Below are positions 50,001 to 59,040 of a DNA stretch of 64,000 bases, in pieces. Source of the DNA: Candidatus Berkelbacteria bacterium RIFCSPLOWO2_01_FULL_50_28 (GTDB lineage: Bacteria > Patescibacteriota > UBA1384 > 2-12-FULL-50-11); the NCBI GenBank assembly GCA_001774395.1, contig MEZX01000002.1:160753-224752 (forward strand), read 5' to 3'. The notes beneath the pieces are model-generated. The model ran no database searches, was not told the DNA's origin, and saw only the letters and a list, made by a program, of their open reading frames with translations. Every line of letters begins with the position of its first letter. Within the stretch, counting starts at the first letter, position 1. A program made the position numbers and the translations under genes.

Positions 50001-51610
50001 TGAACATCGCCGCCTTGAGCCTGCTGAACGGGAGCGTAATCCTCGAGCGGATCGTTAGAAATAACAACGGCGCAAGCGTGCTGGGAGGCGTGGCGAATAG
50101 TTCCCTCCAGTTTCATCGCCGAGTCCAAGACCATTTTGGCCTGCGGGTCGTTGTCGTACATCTGTTTTAGTTCTGGCGCCTCGCCGACTGATTTTGCCAG
50201 CGGGGTGTGACGACCCTGAATAGGCGCAGGGACTACTTTGGCGATGGCGTCGACCTGGTTATACGGCACGCCGAGTACGCGGCCAACGTCTCGCACCGCC
50301 GCTCTGGCCATAATCGTCCCGAAAGTGATAATGCCAGCCACATGCCCGTCGCCGTATTTGGCTCGGGCGTAATCGATAATTTCACCGCGGCGAGAATCTT
50401 CAAAGTCCATATCGATGTCAGGCATAGAGATGCGGTTTAAGTCTAAGAACCGTTCGAAGAGCAGATCGTATCGAAGCGGGTCGATGTTAGTGATTTCGAT
50501 AACGTACGAGATCAATGATCCGGCAGCCGAGCCGCGACAGCCGTAATATATCCCTTTTTCTCGGGCAAATTTGGCAAAATCCCAGACGGCCAGAAAGTAG
50601 CCCGGATAGCCCATCTTGTTGACAATCCCCAATTCGTAATCAAGGCGCGAACGAATTTCTGGTGTTACCTCGCGGAATCTCTTAGTTAGTCCTTCTTCGC
50701 AGAGATGTTTTAGGTACGATGCTTCCGTTTGACCCTTGGGCACGGGAAATTTTGGCAGGAGGTTCTGCTCAAGTGGAATGTCTAGGTTCACCAGATCCGC
50801 GATTTTCAGGGTGTTCTCGAGGGCCTGCGGCACGTCGGTGAAAGCCTCGGCCATCTCCTGCGGCGTTTTTAAGGAAAAGTCGCCGGTATAAATCATCCGG
50901 TTACTGTCGCTAACCAATTTCCCGGTTTGAATACACACCAGCTGATCATGAGACACGTGATCGTCAGAGTTAACGTAGTGCGTGTCGTTGGTGACAATCA
51001 ACGGAAATTTCAACTTCTCGGCTACACGTTTCAGATGTTCATTTACCACCTGTTGTTCGGGAATCGACGGATGATCTTGGAGCTCTAGATAGTACGAATC
51101 TTTACCGAACATCTCGCGGTAGGTTTGGATGGTAGTTTCCAGCTCGTCAAAATTTTTGTCTAGAATTAGCCGAGATGTTTCGCTGGCCAAACAGGCCGAG
51201 GAGGCGATCAATCCTTCGCTGTGGCGACTCAAAAAATCTCGATCCACTCGGGGTTTGTAGTAGTATCCCTCCAAGTGGGCGGCGCTGGTGATTTTGATTA
51301 AGTTTTTGTAACCGGCAAGGTTTTTGGCTAGGAGAATCATATGGAACGGCCGCGAGCCGGGTCCGCTGGTTCGGTCGGACATGGCGTGCGGGGCGATGTA
51401 GGCTTCCTGGCCAATAATCGGTTTAAGACCAGCTTTTTTACACTCACTAAAAAATTCTATGGCGCCGTAGAGAACGCCGTGATCGGTCAGGGCCAACGCC
51501 GGCATGCCCAGCTCTTTGGCTCGCCCAACCAACTCCGGCACTTTCCCTAAGCCATCAAGTAACGAGTAATGCGAGTGAACATGAAGATGGACGAAGTTGG
51601 GCTTGGGCAT
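47018..51610 (-). CDS. dnaE: DNA polymerase III alpha subunit, intein-containing
   Basis: FVHLHVHS.YSLLDG, RGSAAGS, MPDIDMD, KMDFLGL, YCFNKSHA. Confidence 0.98.
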   Translation of the reverse strand: MPKPNFVHLHVHSHYSLLDGLGKVPELVGRAKELGMPALALTDHGVLYGAIEFFSECKKAGLKPIIGQEAYIAPHAMSDRTSGPGSRPFHMILLAKNLAGYKNLIKITSAAHLEGYYYKPRVDRDFLSRHSEGLIASSACLASETSRLILDKNFDELETTIQTYREMFGKDSYYLELQDHPSIPEQQVVNEHLKRVAEKLKFPLIVTNDTHYVNSDDHVSHDQLVCIQTGKLVSDSNRMIYTGDFSLKTPQEMAEAFTDVPQALENTLKIADLVNLDIPLEQNLLPKFPVPKGQTEASYLKHLCEEGLTKRFREVTPEIRSRLDYELGIVNKMGYPGYFLAVWDFAKFAREKGIYYGCRGSAAGSLISYVIEITNIDPLRYDLLFERFLDLNRISMPDIDMDFEDSRRGEIIDYARAKYGDGHVAGIITFGTIMARAAVRDVGRVLGVPYNQVDAIAKVVPAPIQGRHTPLAKSVGEAPELKQMYDNDPQAKMVLDSAMKLEGTIRHASQHACAVVISNDPLEDYAPVQQAQGGDVHQVTQYSMGPIEKIGLLKMDFLGLANYTILRQCCEIIEAVYGDKIDVYNLPENDKETFELFGKGETTGVFQLECLSGDTIISNTTIKKLYTTQDKKRLESVYLDEGKVHKNKILRVLKGPKKQLYNLIATNGWFIKASADHHFLTKDGWKKLSELINGEEILLKNKAKHLIYNTCHICGRQIDGQKEGKSQYCYTCSARHYSNPSKAISRQRIAESRHRFYESGGKPWNLGETKESSALLALTGEKISRSLAGKTNIDKFGPERAEEIRLRMSEAMRGEKNHMFGRRPPHRKGGFRQDLGHYVRSNWEADFARVLIHNGLAYDYEPETFPVTLPDGRSTNYTPDFFVPSENTYYEIKGWLHDGDRLKMEEFQKQYPAIKLVIISTTKFAEFALKYRTLVAWECPRIPSGFDYVTVKAIKPAGIEETYDIKMETPGNNYVANGFVVHNSSGMKRYIKELRPNKLEDIVAMVALYRPGPMQWIQSFIDRKNGKEKIEYLHPLAKDALKDTYGIPVYQEQVMRMSKDMCGFTGAEADTMRKAVGKKIPKLMAQMKEKFITGAVKNGVVETKARDIWKQLEDFAAYCFNKSHAVSYATIAYQTAYLKAHFPDCFMAALMTSDLDNTDRLSIEISECEHMGLKVLPPDVDESFAAFAVLKEKKAIRFGLGAIKNVGTAVAKAMVRERKTNGPYETLEDFLSRNGATLNKKVLDSLVRSGALDRFGKRSDLHGALELLVKYAAGGKGVTEGQLSIFAEAVNKQNLPAVVLPTTVEDKAAYLTWEKELLGLYLSDHPLKQFPALTSLATPIATLSIEQAGKMVRVAGILQQFKKITTKAGAQMAFAELEDLTGQLEVIVFPTILGQFPTLWQTDKMVIVDARISDKDSTVKLLAERVWDLKEVSPQMLPKLESTVRAARPNGGSSPAKPNGPSTYMIDLPSGAARSLVPKLKSLLEGYPGTTPVELRVAQNGLVKAVRTTLTVEKCADLDEEIAQLFLDNV
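48662..49783 (-). mobile_element. Intein (374 aa) in DnaE with PD-(D/E)XK-type endonuclease, zinc finger and NUMOD3-like motifs
   Basis: FQLE|CLSGDT ... SADHHFLT (block B) ... TYDIKM..NNYVANGFVVHN|SSGM; YTPDF...YEIKG. Confidence 0.92.
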
Positions 51611-51639
51611 GACTTAATAAGTCATACCAAGCCAGTTAT

Positions 51640-51693
51640 CAATTTACAATTTTCAATTTTCAGTGAATAACTCAATGATTCAATTTTCAAGTT
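51640..51693. repeat. Half copy of the AT-rich heptamer element
   Basis: AATTTACAATTTTCAATTTTCAGT...CAATGATTCAATTTTCAA matches the left arms at 7030 and 54930. Confidence 0.65.
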
Positions 51694-51804
51694 TAGAAAC
51701 GATTCTTGTTGTAACCACTAGCGATGTTTTTAGCAAAGTGGGTAGGCATATTTGTTAGTGATCCTGTTCGTGACAGGACTGGCGAAAGCAAACATAATGG
51801 CAGT

Positions 51805-53058
51805 ATGAAAAACGTGCTGGTTGTTGGGGGCGGTGGACGCGAACACGCTCTGGCCTGGAAACTCTCCCAGTCCAATAGGATCGGAAATCTTTTTGTTTCA
51901 CCAGGGAACGCAGGAACCGCGCATCTCGCACAGAATATTCCCATTTCTTCTACTGACATCCCCGCCTTAATCAAATTTGCTAAACAAAACGCAATTGATC
52001 TGACTGTTGTTGGACCAGATAACTCATTGGCCGCGGGAATTGTAGATAGCTTTCAAGCCCACGGCCTAAAGATCTTTGGTCCCACAAAAAAGGCGGCAGA
52101 AATTGAGTGGTCAAAGGTATTCGCCAAGAAACTAATGAAAAAATATAATATCCCGACTGCCAAGTACGCTTCATTCTCGTCATACGAACCAGCACGGCGG
52201 TATATTTCTACAACCTCATTTCCCACGGTCATCAAAGTCGACGGTTTAGCCCTTGGAAAGGGGGTTTTCATTTGCGAAAGCCCCAAAGAAGCGAAGAAAG
52301 CACTAACGGCTATTATGCGAGGTAAGGATTTCGGGAGCTCGGGCACGAAGATTGTCATAGAGGAGTACCTGGAGGGGATAGAAGTTTCAGCTCACGCAAT
52401 CTGCGATGGAAGCAACTTTCTTCTCTTTCCTTTGGCTCAGGACCACAAACGGATTGGGGAGGGCAATACCGGTCCCAACACGGGCGGTATGGGGACAATC
52501 TGCCCAGTGCCTGGGCCGGTTCGCGAAATAAGTGGAATTATCAGAGCGACCTTAGAGGCCCTGCAAAAAGAAGGGCGATATTTCTCGGGCTGCTTGTTTC
52601 CCGGCATAATGCATACTTCTAAAGGCCCAAAAGTTTTGGAATATAACGCCCGCTTTGGCGATCCAGAAACTCAGGTTTATATGCGCCTACTGAAGAATGA
52701 CCTGCTTGAGGTTTTGGAAGCAGCAACCGAAAAGAGGCTGGGAAACGTTAAACTTGAATGGCAAACAGGAGCAGCTGCATGTATCGTACTAGCATCGCTT
52801 GGTTATCCGGGAAAGTACAAGCAAGGTTTTGAGATAGGGGGAATTGAGGAAAGATCGGGTAACGAAACGGTAATTTTTCACGCCGGAACCAAGCTAGACG
52901 GTGACAGAGTTCTCACGGCAGGAGGCAGGGTGTTGAATGTTACTGCAACGGGGGCGAACCTAGGAGAGACCTTGGAATTGGGCTATAAAGCTGCTGGAAG
53001 AGTGTCTTTCGAGGGTAAAGTATTTCGCAAGGACATAGGATTTCAGTTCGGAAGCTAA
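51805..53058 (+). CDS. purD: Phosphoribosylamine-glycine ligase
   Basis: VLVVGGGGREHAL, PGNAG, QDHKR..GNTGPNTGGMG, EYNARFGDPE. Confidence 0.97.
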   Translation: MKNVLVVGGGGREHALAWKLSQSNRIGNLFVSPGNAGTAHLAQNIPISSTDIPALIKFAKQNAIDLTVVGPDNSLAAGIVDSFQAHGLKIFGPTKKAAEIEWSKVFAKKLMKKYNIPTAKYASFSSYEPARRYISTTSFPTVIKVDGLALGKGVFICESPKEAKKALTAIMRGKDFGSSGTKIVIEEYLEGIEVSAHAICDGSNFLLFPLAQDHKRIGEGNTGPNTGGMGTICPVPGPVREISGIIRATLEALQKEGRYFSGCLFPGIMHTSKGPKVLEYNARFGDPETQVYMRLLKNDLLEVLEAATEKRLGNVKLEWQTGAAACIVLASLGYPGKYKQGFEIGGIEERSGNETVIFHAGTKLDGDRVLTAGGRVLNVTATGANLGETLELGYKAAGRVSFEGKVFRKDIGFQFGS

Positions 53059-53201
53059 GGGAATAGGGACGGAGAAGCTAACCCATCGGCTTATTTGTTG
53101 TAGCAGAACAGGAGCATAAAAGCCAAGCCACTCGAGAGTATTGTAAAATAGCGATTAAGTGCGATAGTGTCCACAGGAACATAAAGTTCGAGGAGCGTGA
53201 C

Positions 53202-53582
53202 GTGGAAGATGTAAGCACCGTTGGCGGATTTATCGATCTATTGCTCAAGAGAGAGGAAAACCAGTTTGGGATGCTGTCGTCGGTACTCAAGCTGGCGGAG
53301 GCGAATTACGATCCTGGCAACTGGGCACGATGGTTGACACAGCCCTTATGTCCAGAGGAGATCTACCCGCTCTGCGAAGTCATTAACTCGACATACCAGC
53401 GTATTCTGGTCGGTATCGATACAGACGAATGCTACAAGTCGACTATCGAGAACGCCCACCGGCATCAGCTGCTAGTTTTCACCGAAGCGGCAGCTTTGGG
53501 GGTCGAACTCGACAGGGAACGGGTCGACGCTCCGGTTTCAATGAGCGATGCATTGATCCGGGCACAAAGCGTCACTACTTGA
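53202..53582 (+). CDS. Hypothetical protein
   Basis: GAGGAG SD; 126-aa ORF followed by a hairpin. Confidence 0.55.
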   Translation: MEDVSTVGGFIDLLLKREENQFGMLSSVLKLAEANYDPGNWARWLTQPLCPEEIYPLCEVINSTYQRILVGIDTDECYKSTIENAHRHQLLVFTEAAALGVELDRERVDAPVSMSDALIRAQSVTT

Positions 53583-53684
53583 TCAATCCTCTTTCGACAT
53601 CTCTCTAAGCCCCGGCGTGTGACCGGGGCACTACTTTCTGTCGGTTGACCAACGAAGCAGTTTTCGATATAATTTTCTCTACTA

Positions 53685-53975
53685 ATGGCGCATACAAAAG
53701 CGAAAGGTTCAACAAGAAATAATCGAGACTCACAGTCGAAACGGCTGGGAGTTAAGGTTTATGGCGGAGAAGCAATTCGTCGTGGCGGCATAATCTTGCG
53801 TCAGCGCGGTAGCAAGTACTACGTCAGCGCCGGAGCGGCCGTATCGGGGGATGACTCCATCTACGCTACCTGCGACGGTCACGTTGTGTTCTCCAGTAAA
53901 AAAGTTAAAAAGTTTGACGGTCGGTTCGTTAGCAAGACCTTCGTTGGCGTTAAAGTTAAGGAAGAAGCGAAATAA
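53685..53975 (+). CDS. rpmA: 50S ribosomal protein L27
   Basis: MAHTKAKGSTRNNRDS.SKRLGVK. Confidence 0.97.
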   Translation: MAHTKAKGSTRNNRDSQSKRLGVKVYGGEAIRRGGIILRQRGSKYYVSAGAAVSGDDSIYATCDGHVVFSSKKVKKFDGRFVSKTFVGVKVKEEAK

Positions 53976-54655
53976 TGGATATTGGCGCCATACTAAAAAC
54001 TGTTGAAGCTAGCTCACGGAAAGTAAAAGTCGCCGAAGTGCGTGTTGGCGAAACGGTTAAGGTTCACTACCGTATTAAAGAAGGCAACAAGCTGCGCCTC
54101 CAGATTTTTGAAGGCCTGGTCATCGGCGTAACCAAGCCAAAAACTCTTCAAGGCAGTTTCACGGTACGCAAGGTAATTGACGGCGTTGGCGTCGAACGAA
54201 CTTTTCCGTTCCACTCGCCGCATATAGCCAAGCTTGAACGAATTAAATCTGGCAAGGTGCGTCGGGCCAAGCTGAACTTCGTTCGCGAGTACGCCCTGTC
54301 GCGTCGTTTCAAACTCAAAGATAAAGGCGTGGCTGGTTCAGTTTGGGAAGAGGTCGCTAAGGAACAGCAGGAGATAGCTAAGGAAGAATCCAAAGAGGAA
54401 GCGAGTATCGAAGGGGAACTGGGTGCTGGGAACTTGGAACTGGATGAAGCAAAAAACGAACCAGTCCTTAGCACCGATTCTGAAACCCAGTCCCCAGTAC
54501 CTAGTGCCGAGTCCCCATCTTCCGAGGTTGCCAAACCAGAGGAATCAGCCGACAATAAGACCGATGAGCTATCTGGGCAAAGCGCTGGGGCAGATGGGGG
54601 AGACGCTAGCGGCGAACCTGTTGAAGAAAAAGGGATTGAAAGTCCTCAGGCGTAA
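53975..54655 (+). CDS. rplS: 50S ribosomal protein L19 with acidic C-terminal extension
   Basis: R.Q.FEG.VI, FTVRK...GVGVERTFP.HSP, GKVRRAKL. Confidence 0.95.
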   Translation: MDIGAILKTVEASSRKVKVAEVRVGETVKVHYRIKEGNKLRLQIFEGLVIGVTKPKTLQGSFTVRKVIDGVGVERTFPFHSPHIAKLERIKSGKVRRAKLNFVREYALSRRFKLKDKGVAGSVWEEVAKEQQEIAKEESKEEASIEGELGAGNLELDEAKNEPVLSTDSETQSPVPSAESPSSEVAKPEESADNKTDELSGQSAGADGGDASGEPVEEKGIESPQA

Positions 54656-54926
54656 TTTTGTGACCCATTTTGGCGAGATCGATATTCTGGCACGTGACGG
54701 CCAGTCTTTAGTAATTGTTGAGGTGAAGACCAAGACCAGCGGCTGGAAGGGTGCGGCAATCGAGATGATCACTCGTACCAAACAGGAAAAACTAATTTTA
54801 CTTGCCCACGAACTGCAGATGAAATATAAAACAAATAATGTTCGGATCGATGTGGTGACTGTCGACGAGGCTGCCGACGTGCCCGTGGTGCGCTATCACA
54901 AAGGAGTAATTGAGTTCAATGGATAA
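54564..54926 (+). CDS. yraN: YraN-family endonuclease (UPF0102)
   Basis: LG..GE..A...L...G.....RN....GEIDI.A......V.VEVKT; R.DV. Confidence 0.9.
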   Translation: MSYLGKALGQMGETLAANLLKKKGLKVLRRNFVTHFGEIDILARDGQSLVIVEVKTKTSGWKGAAIEMITRTKQEKLILLAHELQMKYKTNNVRIDVVTVDEAADVPVVRYHKGVIEFNG

Positions 54927-54929
54927 TAA

Positions 54930-55049
54930 TAATTCTCAATTTTCGAATTTACAATTTTCAGTAAATGTCGCAATGATTCAATTCCGAAACATTGAAAATT
55001 GGTTAACTGGTAAATTATTGAAAATTGAAAACTGGCAATTGAAAATTGT
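54930..55049. repeat. AT-rich heptamer inverted-repeat element (between yraN and gltX)
   Basis: TTCTCAA/TTTTCGAA/TTTACAA units then TTGAAAA units. Confidence 0.75.
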
Positions 55050-55070
55050 TCAAACCGGAGGTTTGAAGTA

Positions 55071-56585
55071 ATGGCTGAGGAAATACGAGTTAGAATTGCC
55101 CCTTCGCCAACCGGTAAGTTTCACATCGGCACGGCTCGCACAGCATTGTTCAACTATCTGTTTGCCAAAAAACATGGCGGGCAGTTCATTGTGCGCATTG
55201 AAGACACCGACCGTGAGCGTAATGACGATGTTTACGTCAAAGACATTATCGATGGCCTGCTCTGGCTTGGCCTGGGATTCGACGAGGGCCCGCCCTTCCA
55301 TGGGGTCAGGGCGACTCCGAGCAAGGTCGAGGAGCCGGAAGTTGGTGGGCAGTTCGGCCCGTACTTTCAATCGGAAAGGTTGGATCTCTACAAACCGTAC
55401 GTCGAACAGCTGTTAAAGGAACATCTGGCCTATCGCTGTTACTGCACCGCCGAAGAGCTGACGAAAGTACGCGAGGCCGATCAGAAAAAGGGTTTGGCGC
55501 CAAAGTATTCTGGTCGCTGCCGAGATCTTACTGCCTCCGAGATCGATAAGTTTGAACGGGAGGGCAGAGCGTCGGTGATTCGCTTTAGGACTGAGCCAAG
55601 AAAGGTGAAGTTTACCGACTTGATTCGCGATGAGGTGGAATTTGATGCCGAACTTTTTGGTGATTTCGTGATCGTTCGTAGCGACGGAGTGCCACTATTT
55701 AATTTGTCGAATGTTATTGATGATTCCTTGATGAAAATTAGTCACGTCTTACGCGGCGAGGAGCATCTTGCCAACGCCGCCAAACAGATTATGTTGGCAG
55801 AGGCGCTCCGGATTGCAGTGCCAGAGTTCGGTCATCTGCCACTCATTTTTAACCCCGACCGAACAAAGATGAGCAAGCGACGTGACCCGGTGTCGGTGAG
55901 CGATGATTTTCGGGCCAGGGGCTATCTGCCGGAGGCGATGGTTAATTTCATGGCTCTGCTCGGGTGGTCAGGCGAAAACGATCGAGAGATTTATACGTTG
56001 TCCGAATTGGTAGAAGAGTTTGAGCTGGAGCGCGTCGGTAAAAGTCCGTCCATTTTTGATATCGAAAAATTGAAGTGGATGAACGGCTACTACATTCGAA
56101 ACGCCTCGATCGGCGAGGTAGCGTCGGAGGCTCAGAACTTCATCACTGATAAAAAATTGCTCCAGGCAACGCTCGATAAACCAGATTTTTATCTGGAGAC
56201 AGTCGTCCTGGTACGAGATCGGCTCAAGACCTACGCTGAGATCGAAGAAGCAATTGAGCTTTTCTACACGGCACCAAAGTATGACGCTGAGTTGCTGGTG
56301 GCCAAAAAATCTACTGCCAAAAATGCCCAGCTAGCACTGGTTGTCGCCGCGCAAACATTAAAGCAAATTGAGACTTTTTCGCTTGATGAACTGGAGCCGT
56401 CGTTGCGCGGGGCAGCGGCTAGTAACCAGCTGACCGATGGCGAACTGCTTTGGGCGGTGCGAGCGGCGCTATCTGGCAAAGCCGCGTCTCCTGGATGTTT
56501 TGAGTTGCTGGGGATTTTGAATAAAGACGAGTCTTTGAAGCGGATTGCTACGGCGATCAAGAAGCTCAAAGCTTTGAAAAGCTAA
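55071..56585 (+). CDS. gltX: Glutamate-tRNA ligase
   Basis: R.R.APSPTG..HIG, RIEDTD, KMSKR. Confidence 0.97.
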   Translation: MAEEIRVRIAPSPTGKFHIGTARTALFNYLFAKKHGGQFIVRIEDTDRERNDDVYVKDIIDGLLWLGLGFDEGPPFHGVRATPSKVEEPEVGGQFGPYFQSERLDLYKPYVEQLLKEHLAYRCYCTAEELTKVREADQKKGLAPKYSGRCRDLTASEIDKFEREGRASVIRFRTEPRKVKFTDLIRDEVEFDAELFGDFVIVRSDGVPLFNLSNVIDDSLMKISHVLRGEEHLANAAKQIMLAEALRIAVPEFGHLPLIFNPDRTKMSKRRDPVSVSDDFRARGYLPEAMVNFMALLGWSGENDREIYTLSELVEEFELERVGKSPSIFDIEKLKWMNGYYIRNASIGEVASEAQNFITDKKLLQATLDKPDFYLETVVLVRDRLKTYAEIEEAIELFYTAPKYDAELLVAKKSTAKNAQLALVVAAQTLKQIETFSLDELEPSLRGAAASNQLTDGELLWAVRAALSGKAASPGCFELLGILNKDESLKRIATAIKKLKALKS

Positions 56586-56605
56586 GGACAAATTTCTAGC
56601 AGGGC

Positions 56606-56687
56606 CATACCCTGCACGGTTCTCACAGAGGTGTTGTGAAAATTCGCCTCCCTTCCGGAAGGTTCGCGGAGCGAATCGGCGAATTTT
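56606..56687 (+). repeat. ~80-bp dispersed structured repeat, copy 2
   Basis: Near-identical to 8951-9032. Confidence 0.85.
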
Positions 56688-56737
56688 CGGTATCTATGGT
56701 GACTCGAGAGGTGAGTTTTGATAAACTATCGAAGTAT

Positions 56738-56808
56738 TCCGGGATCGTATAGTGGTAGTACGCTAGGTTCTGGTCCTAGTAACCTTGGTTCGAATCCAAG
56801 TCCCGGAG
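56738..56808 (+). tRNA. tRNA-Gln(CTG)
   Basis: TCCGGGA/TCCCGGA acceptor; CTAGG-TT-CTG-GT-CCTAG; TTCGAAT T-loop. Confidence 0.93.
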
Positions 56809-56874
56809 CAATGAGAAAAAACGAAGAGCGGAGGGGCGAGGATTACCCGTAGGGGTATTCCAAGTCCCGGAGCA

Positions 56875-57306
56875 ATGACAAGTACAGATAAAGATACGTA
56901 TTTCGTGGCGGTGAAGCTTTTTTTGCGACAGGGTGATCAGCTGCTCATCACTCACGATATCTTCGGTTCTTGGGATCTGCCGGGCGGGCGACTAAAACCT
57001 GACGAATTTCACAAGCCACTTTCGGATGTTGTGAAGCGTAAAATGGACGAGGAGCTTGGCTCGGATGTCAGTTACGTAGTCGGTGAGCCTCTGGTCTTCT
57101 TTAGGGTTGAGCGGCAAGAACGGGGACGGGCGGTCAGGATATTTGCGATTGGTTACGAAGCTACCTACGAAGGCGGTAAGATTTCCTTGGGCAAGCATCA
57201 CGATCAGATGAAATGGGTTGATGTTGAAATCTTTAAGCCCGAAGATTACTTCAAGGGTGGCTGGTTGCTCGGTGTTCAGGAGTACCTGGAGAAAGTTCGA
57301 GCCTAA
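56875..57306 (+). CDS. NUDIX hydrolase
   Basis: WDLPGG......E.......RKMDEELG. Confidence 0.85.
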   Translation: MTSTDKDTYFVAVKLFLRQGDQLLITHDIFGSWDLPGGRLKPDEFHKPLSDVVKRKMDEELGSDVSYVVGEPLVFFRVERQERGRAVRIFAIGYEATYEGGKISLGKHHDQMKWVDVEIFKPEDYFKGGWLLGVQEYLEKVRA

Positions 57307-57440
57307 CACTCCCGGTGTTCTTCCCCGGCAGCAAATTAAACCCACCTGGCGGTTTCCACCTATTTCAAGTTGGCACGAGCGTACAAATCAAGAACATCTC
57401 TAAAAACCGCAACAGCGGTTTTTAGGTTGAGAGGAGGTTG

Positions 57441-58298
57441 TCAGCCAAGCCTCAAATGCTGCCACTGCGGACTGACTCTGCCTCCGGGGAAGTGGCTTTG
57501 ATCAAGCACGCTGCCCGATAGTGCATCGTGCCCGCGTGTGATCGGATAGTCTGCTGAAACTCGACCGTTGGCGTAAAGATTGACGCTCTCTACTTCAACA
57601 TAATGAACATCCCAGTAGGTAACCTCCATCTGTCCCCACAAGTAGACCGGCATGCCGTAGATGCGTTTCACTTCGACGGCACTTTTGGCAAGCGGGTCGC
57701 CCAGATGTGGCTGACCGTACGGTTCACGCAAGTTTGTCCGTTTAATGCCAAGGTCGCTCAACCGATCAAGAGTTTTTGCCAAGTCATTATCTGCCAGGTT
57801 CTCTGGTCCGAGCACGATGTTGATCTTAACACTCTGCATGTGGCTGGAATTGGCCAATATTTCCTCGAGGCGAGGAGTGACACCCTGCCCCATCATTTCC
57901 TCATAGATCGCCTCGTCAAATGAGGGGATTGAGATACTTGCTTTGTCAAAGAGCTTCCAGTCGTCGAGATGGTTAAGCGCCACAACACCGTTGGTTCGCA
58001 CCCCGAGTACGAGTTCGGGGATGGCGGTTCGCAGTAGCGCGTTAAGCTTGCCGATATTCTGGCAGAGCAGCGGGTCAGTGTTCGAACCGGTGAGATTTAT
58101 TTCGTGGATGTTGTGGTTCAGACACTCATCAACAAACTTCCAGATTCCTCTTAGCGGCCAGCTGGAGAGGTTGTCAAGTGGATCGAGAGCCATCATATGC
58201 TGTCCGATGCAGAAGTAGCAGCTGCGATTGCACGGCCCTGAAAAGTGAATGTTTCCAAACCAGTGGGTAAAGTTCTTGTCCGAGTTAAGGCAGCCCAT
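57441..58298 (-). CDS. Radical SAM protein
   Basis: CNRSCYFC (CxxxCxxC); LTGSNTDPL; RTNG; AAGGAG SD. Confidence 0.88.
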   Translation of the reverse strand: MGCLNSDKNFTHWFGNIHFSGPCNRSCYFCIGQHMMALDPLDNLSSWPLRGIWKFVDECLNHNIHEINLTGSNTDPLLCQNIGKLNALLRTAIPELVLGVRTNGVVALNHLDDWKLFDKASISIPSFDEAIYEEMMGQGVTPRLEEILANSSHMQSVKINIVLGPENLADNDLAKTLDRLSDLGIKRTNLREPYGQPHLGDPLAKSAVEVKRIYGMPVYLWGQMEVTYWDVHYVEVESVNLYANGRVSADYPITRGHDALSGSVLDQSHFPGGRVSPQWQHLRLG

Positions 58299-58344
58299 AA
58301 TTCTCCTTGTAAAAGTGCTTCGTGTTACCATTGTGCCAATTCCA

Positions 58345-58365
58345 TAAGTGTAGTTAGCACACTAA
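58345..58365. promoter_or_regulatory. NrtR-type 21-bp operator upstream of the radical SAM gene
   Basis: TAAGTGT-N7-ACACTAA, matches the box at 59041. Confidence 0.75.
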
Positions 58366-58379
58366 GTAACGCGAAAAAA

Positions 58380-59039
58380 TTATAGTGTTATCATCGTCTT
58401 TTGTCTTACTCGGTACAGTCGGGCTGGACGGTGGGCGCCTTCAGTGTCGAAAAGCTTTGTCGACTCAAGTATGTTCATCGTCTCGATATGTTTGCGGAAA
58501 TTCCGCTTATCTAACTTCTTGTTTAGAACCGCTTCATAGACAGCCTGCAGCTCGCTAAGGCGAAACTCATCGGGGAGAAAGGCGTGGGCGATACCTGTGT
58601 ATTCAAGTTTTGCTCGCAGTCGTTTAATGGCATAATTTACGATCACACGGTGGTCGAATGCAAGCTCGGGCAATTTATTTATCCCAAACCACTTCGCCTC
58701 AGATACATCAGTGTCGGCTCGAAGTTGGAGCTTGTAACTAGGGGTAAGTGCATAGTAGGCGACGGTAATAACCCGCTCACGTGGGTCGCGCTTAGGGTCA
58801 CCGAAGGTGTAGAGCTGTTCAAGGAAGACCTCTTTAATACCAGCCTCCTCTTTCAATTCACGTTTTGCCGCAGTCTCCAGCGTTTCGGTTTCCTTCACAA
58901 AACCCCCCGGAATGGCCCAAATCCCCTTAAAAGGTTCAATATCTCTTCGGACGAGTGCTATTTTTAGCTCGTTGTTAATTAGTGAAAAAACCAGTACATC
59001 AACGGTTACAGCCGGGTGTGGGTAGTTCGCAGTAGACAT
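58380..59039 (-). CDS. nrtR: NrtR-family regulator (NUDIX + wHTH)
   Basis: WAIPGGFV...ETLE.AA.REL.EE; EQLYTFG...RDPR; LAFDH; LDKRNFRK; RPARLY. Confidence 0.9.
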   Translation of the reverse strand: MSTANYPHPAVTVDVLVFSLINNELKIALVRRDIEPFKGIWAIPGGFVKETETLETAAKRELKEEAGIKEVFLEQLYTFGDPKRDPRERVITVAYYALTPSYKLQLRADTDVSEAKWFGINKLPELAFDHRVIVNYAIKRLRAKLEYTGIAHAFLPDEFRLSELQAVYEAVLNKKLDKRNFRKHIETMNILESTKLFDTEGAHRPARLYRVRQKTMITL

Positions 59040-59040
59040 C

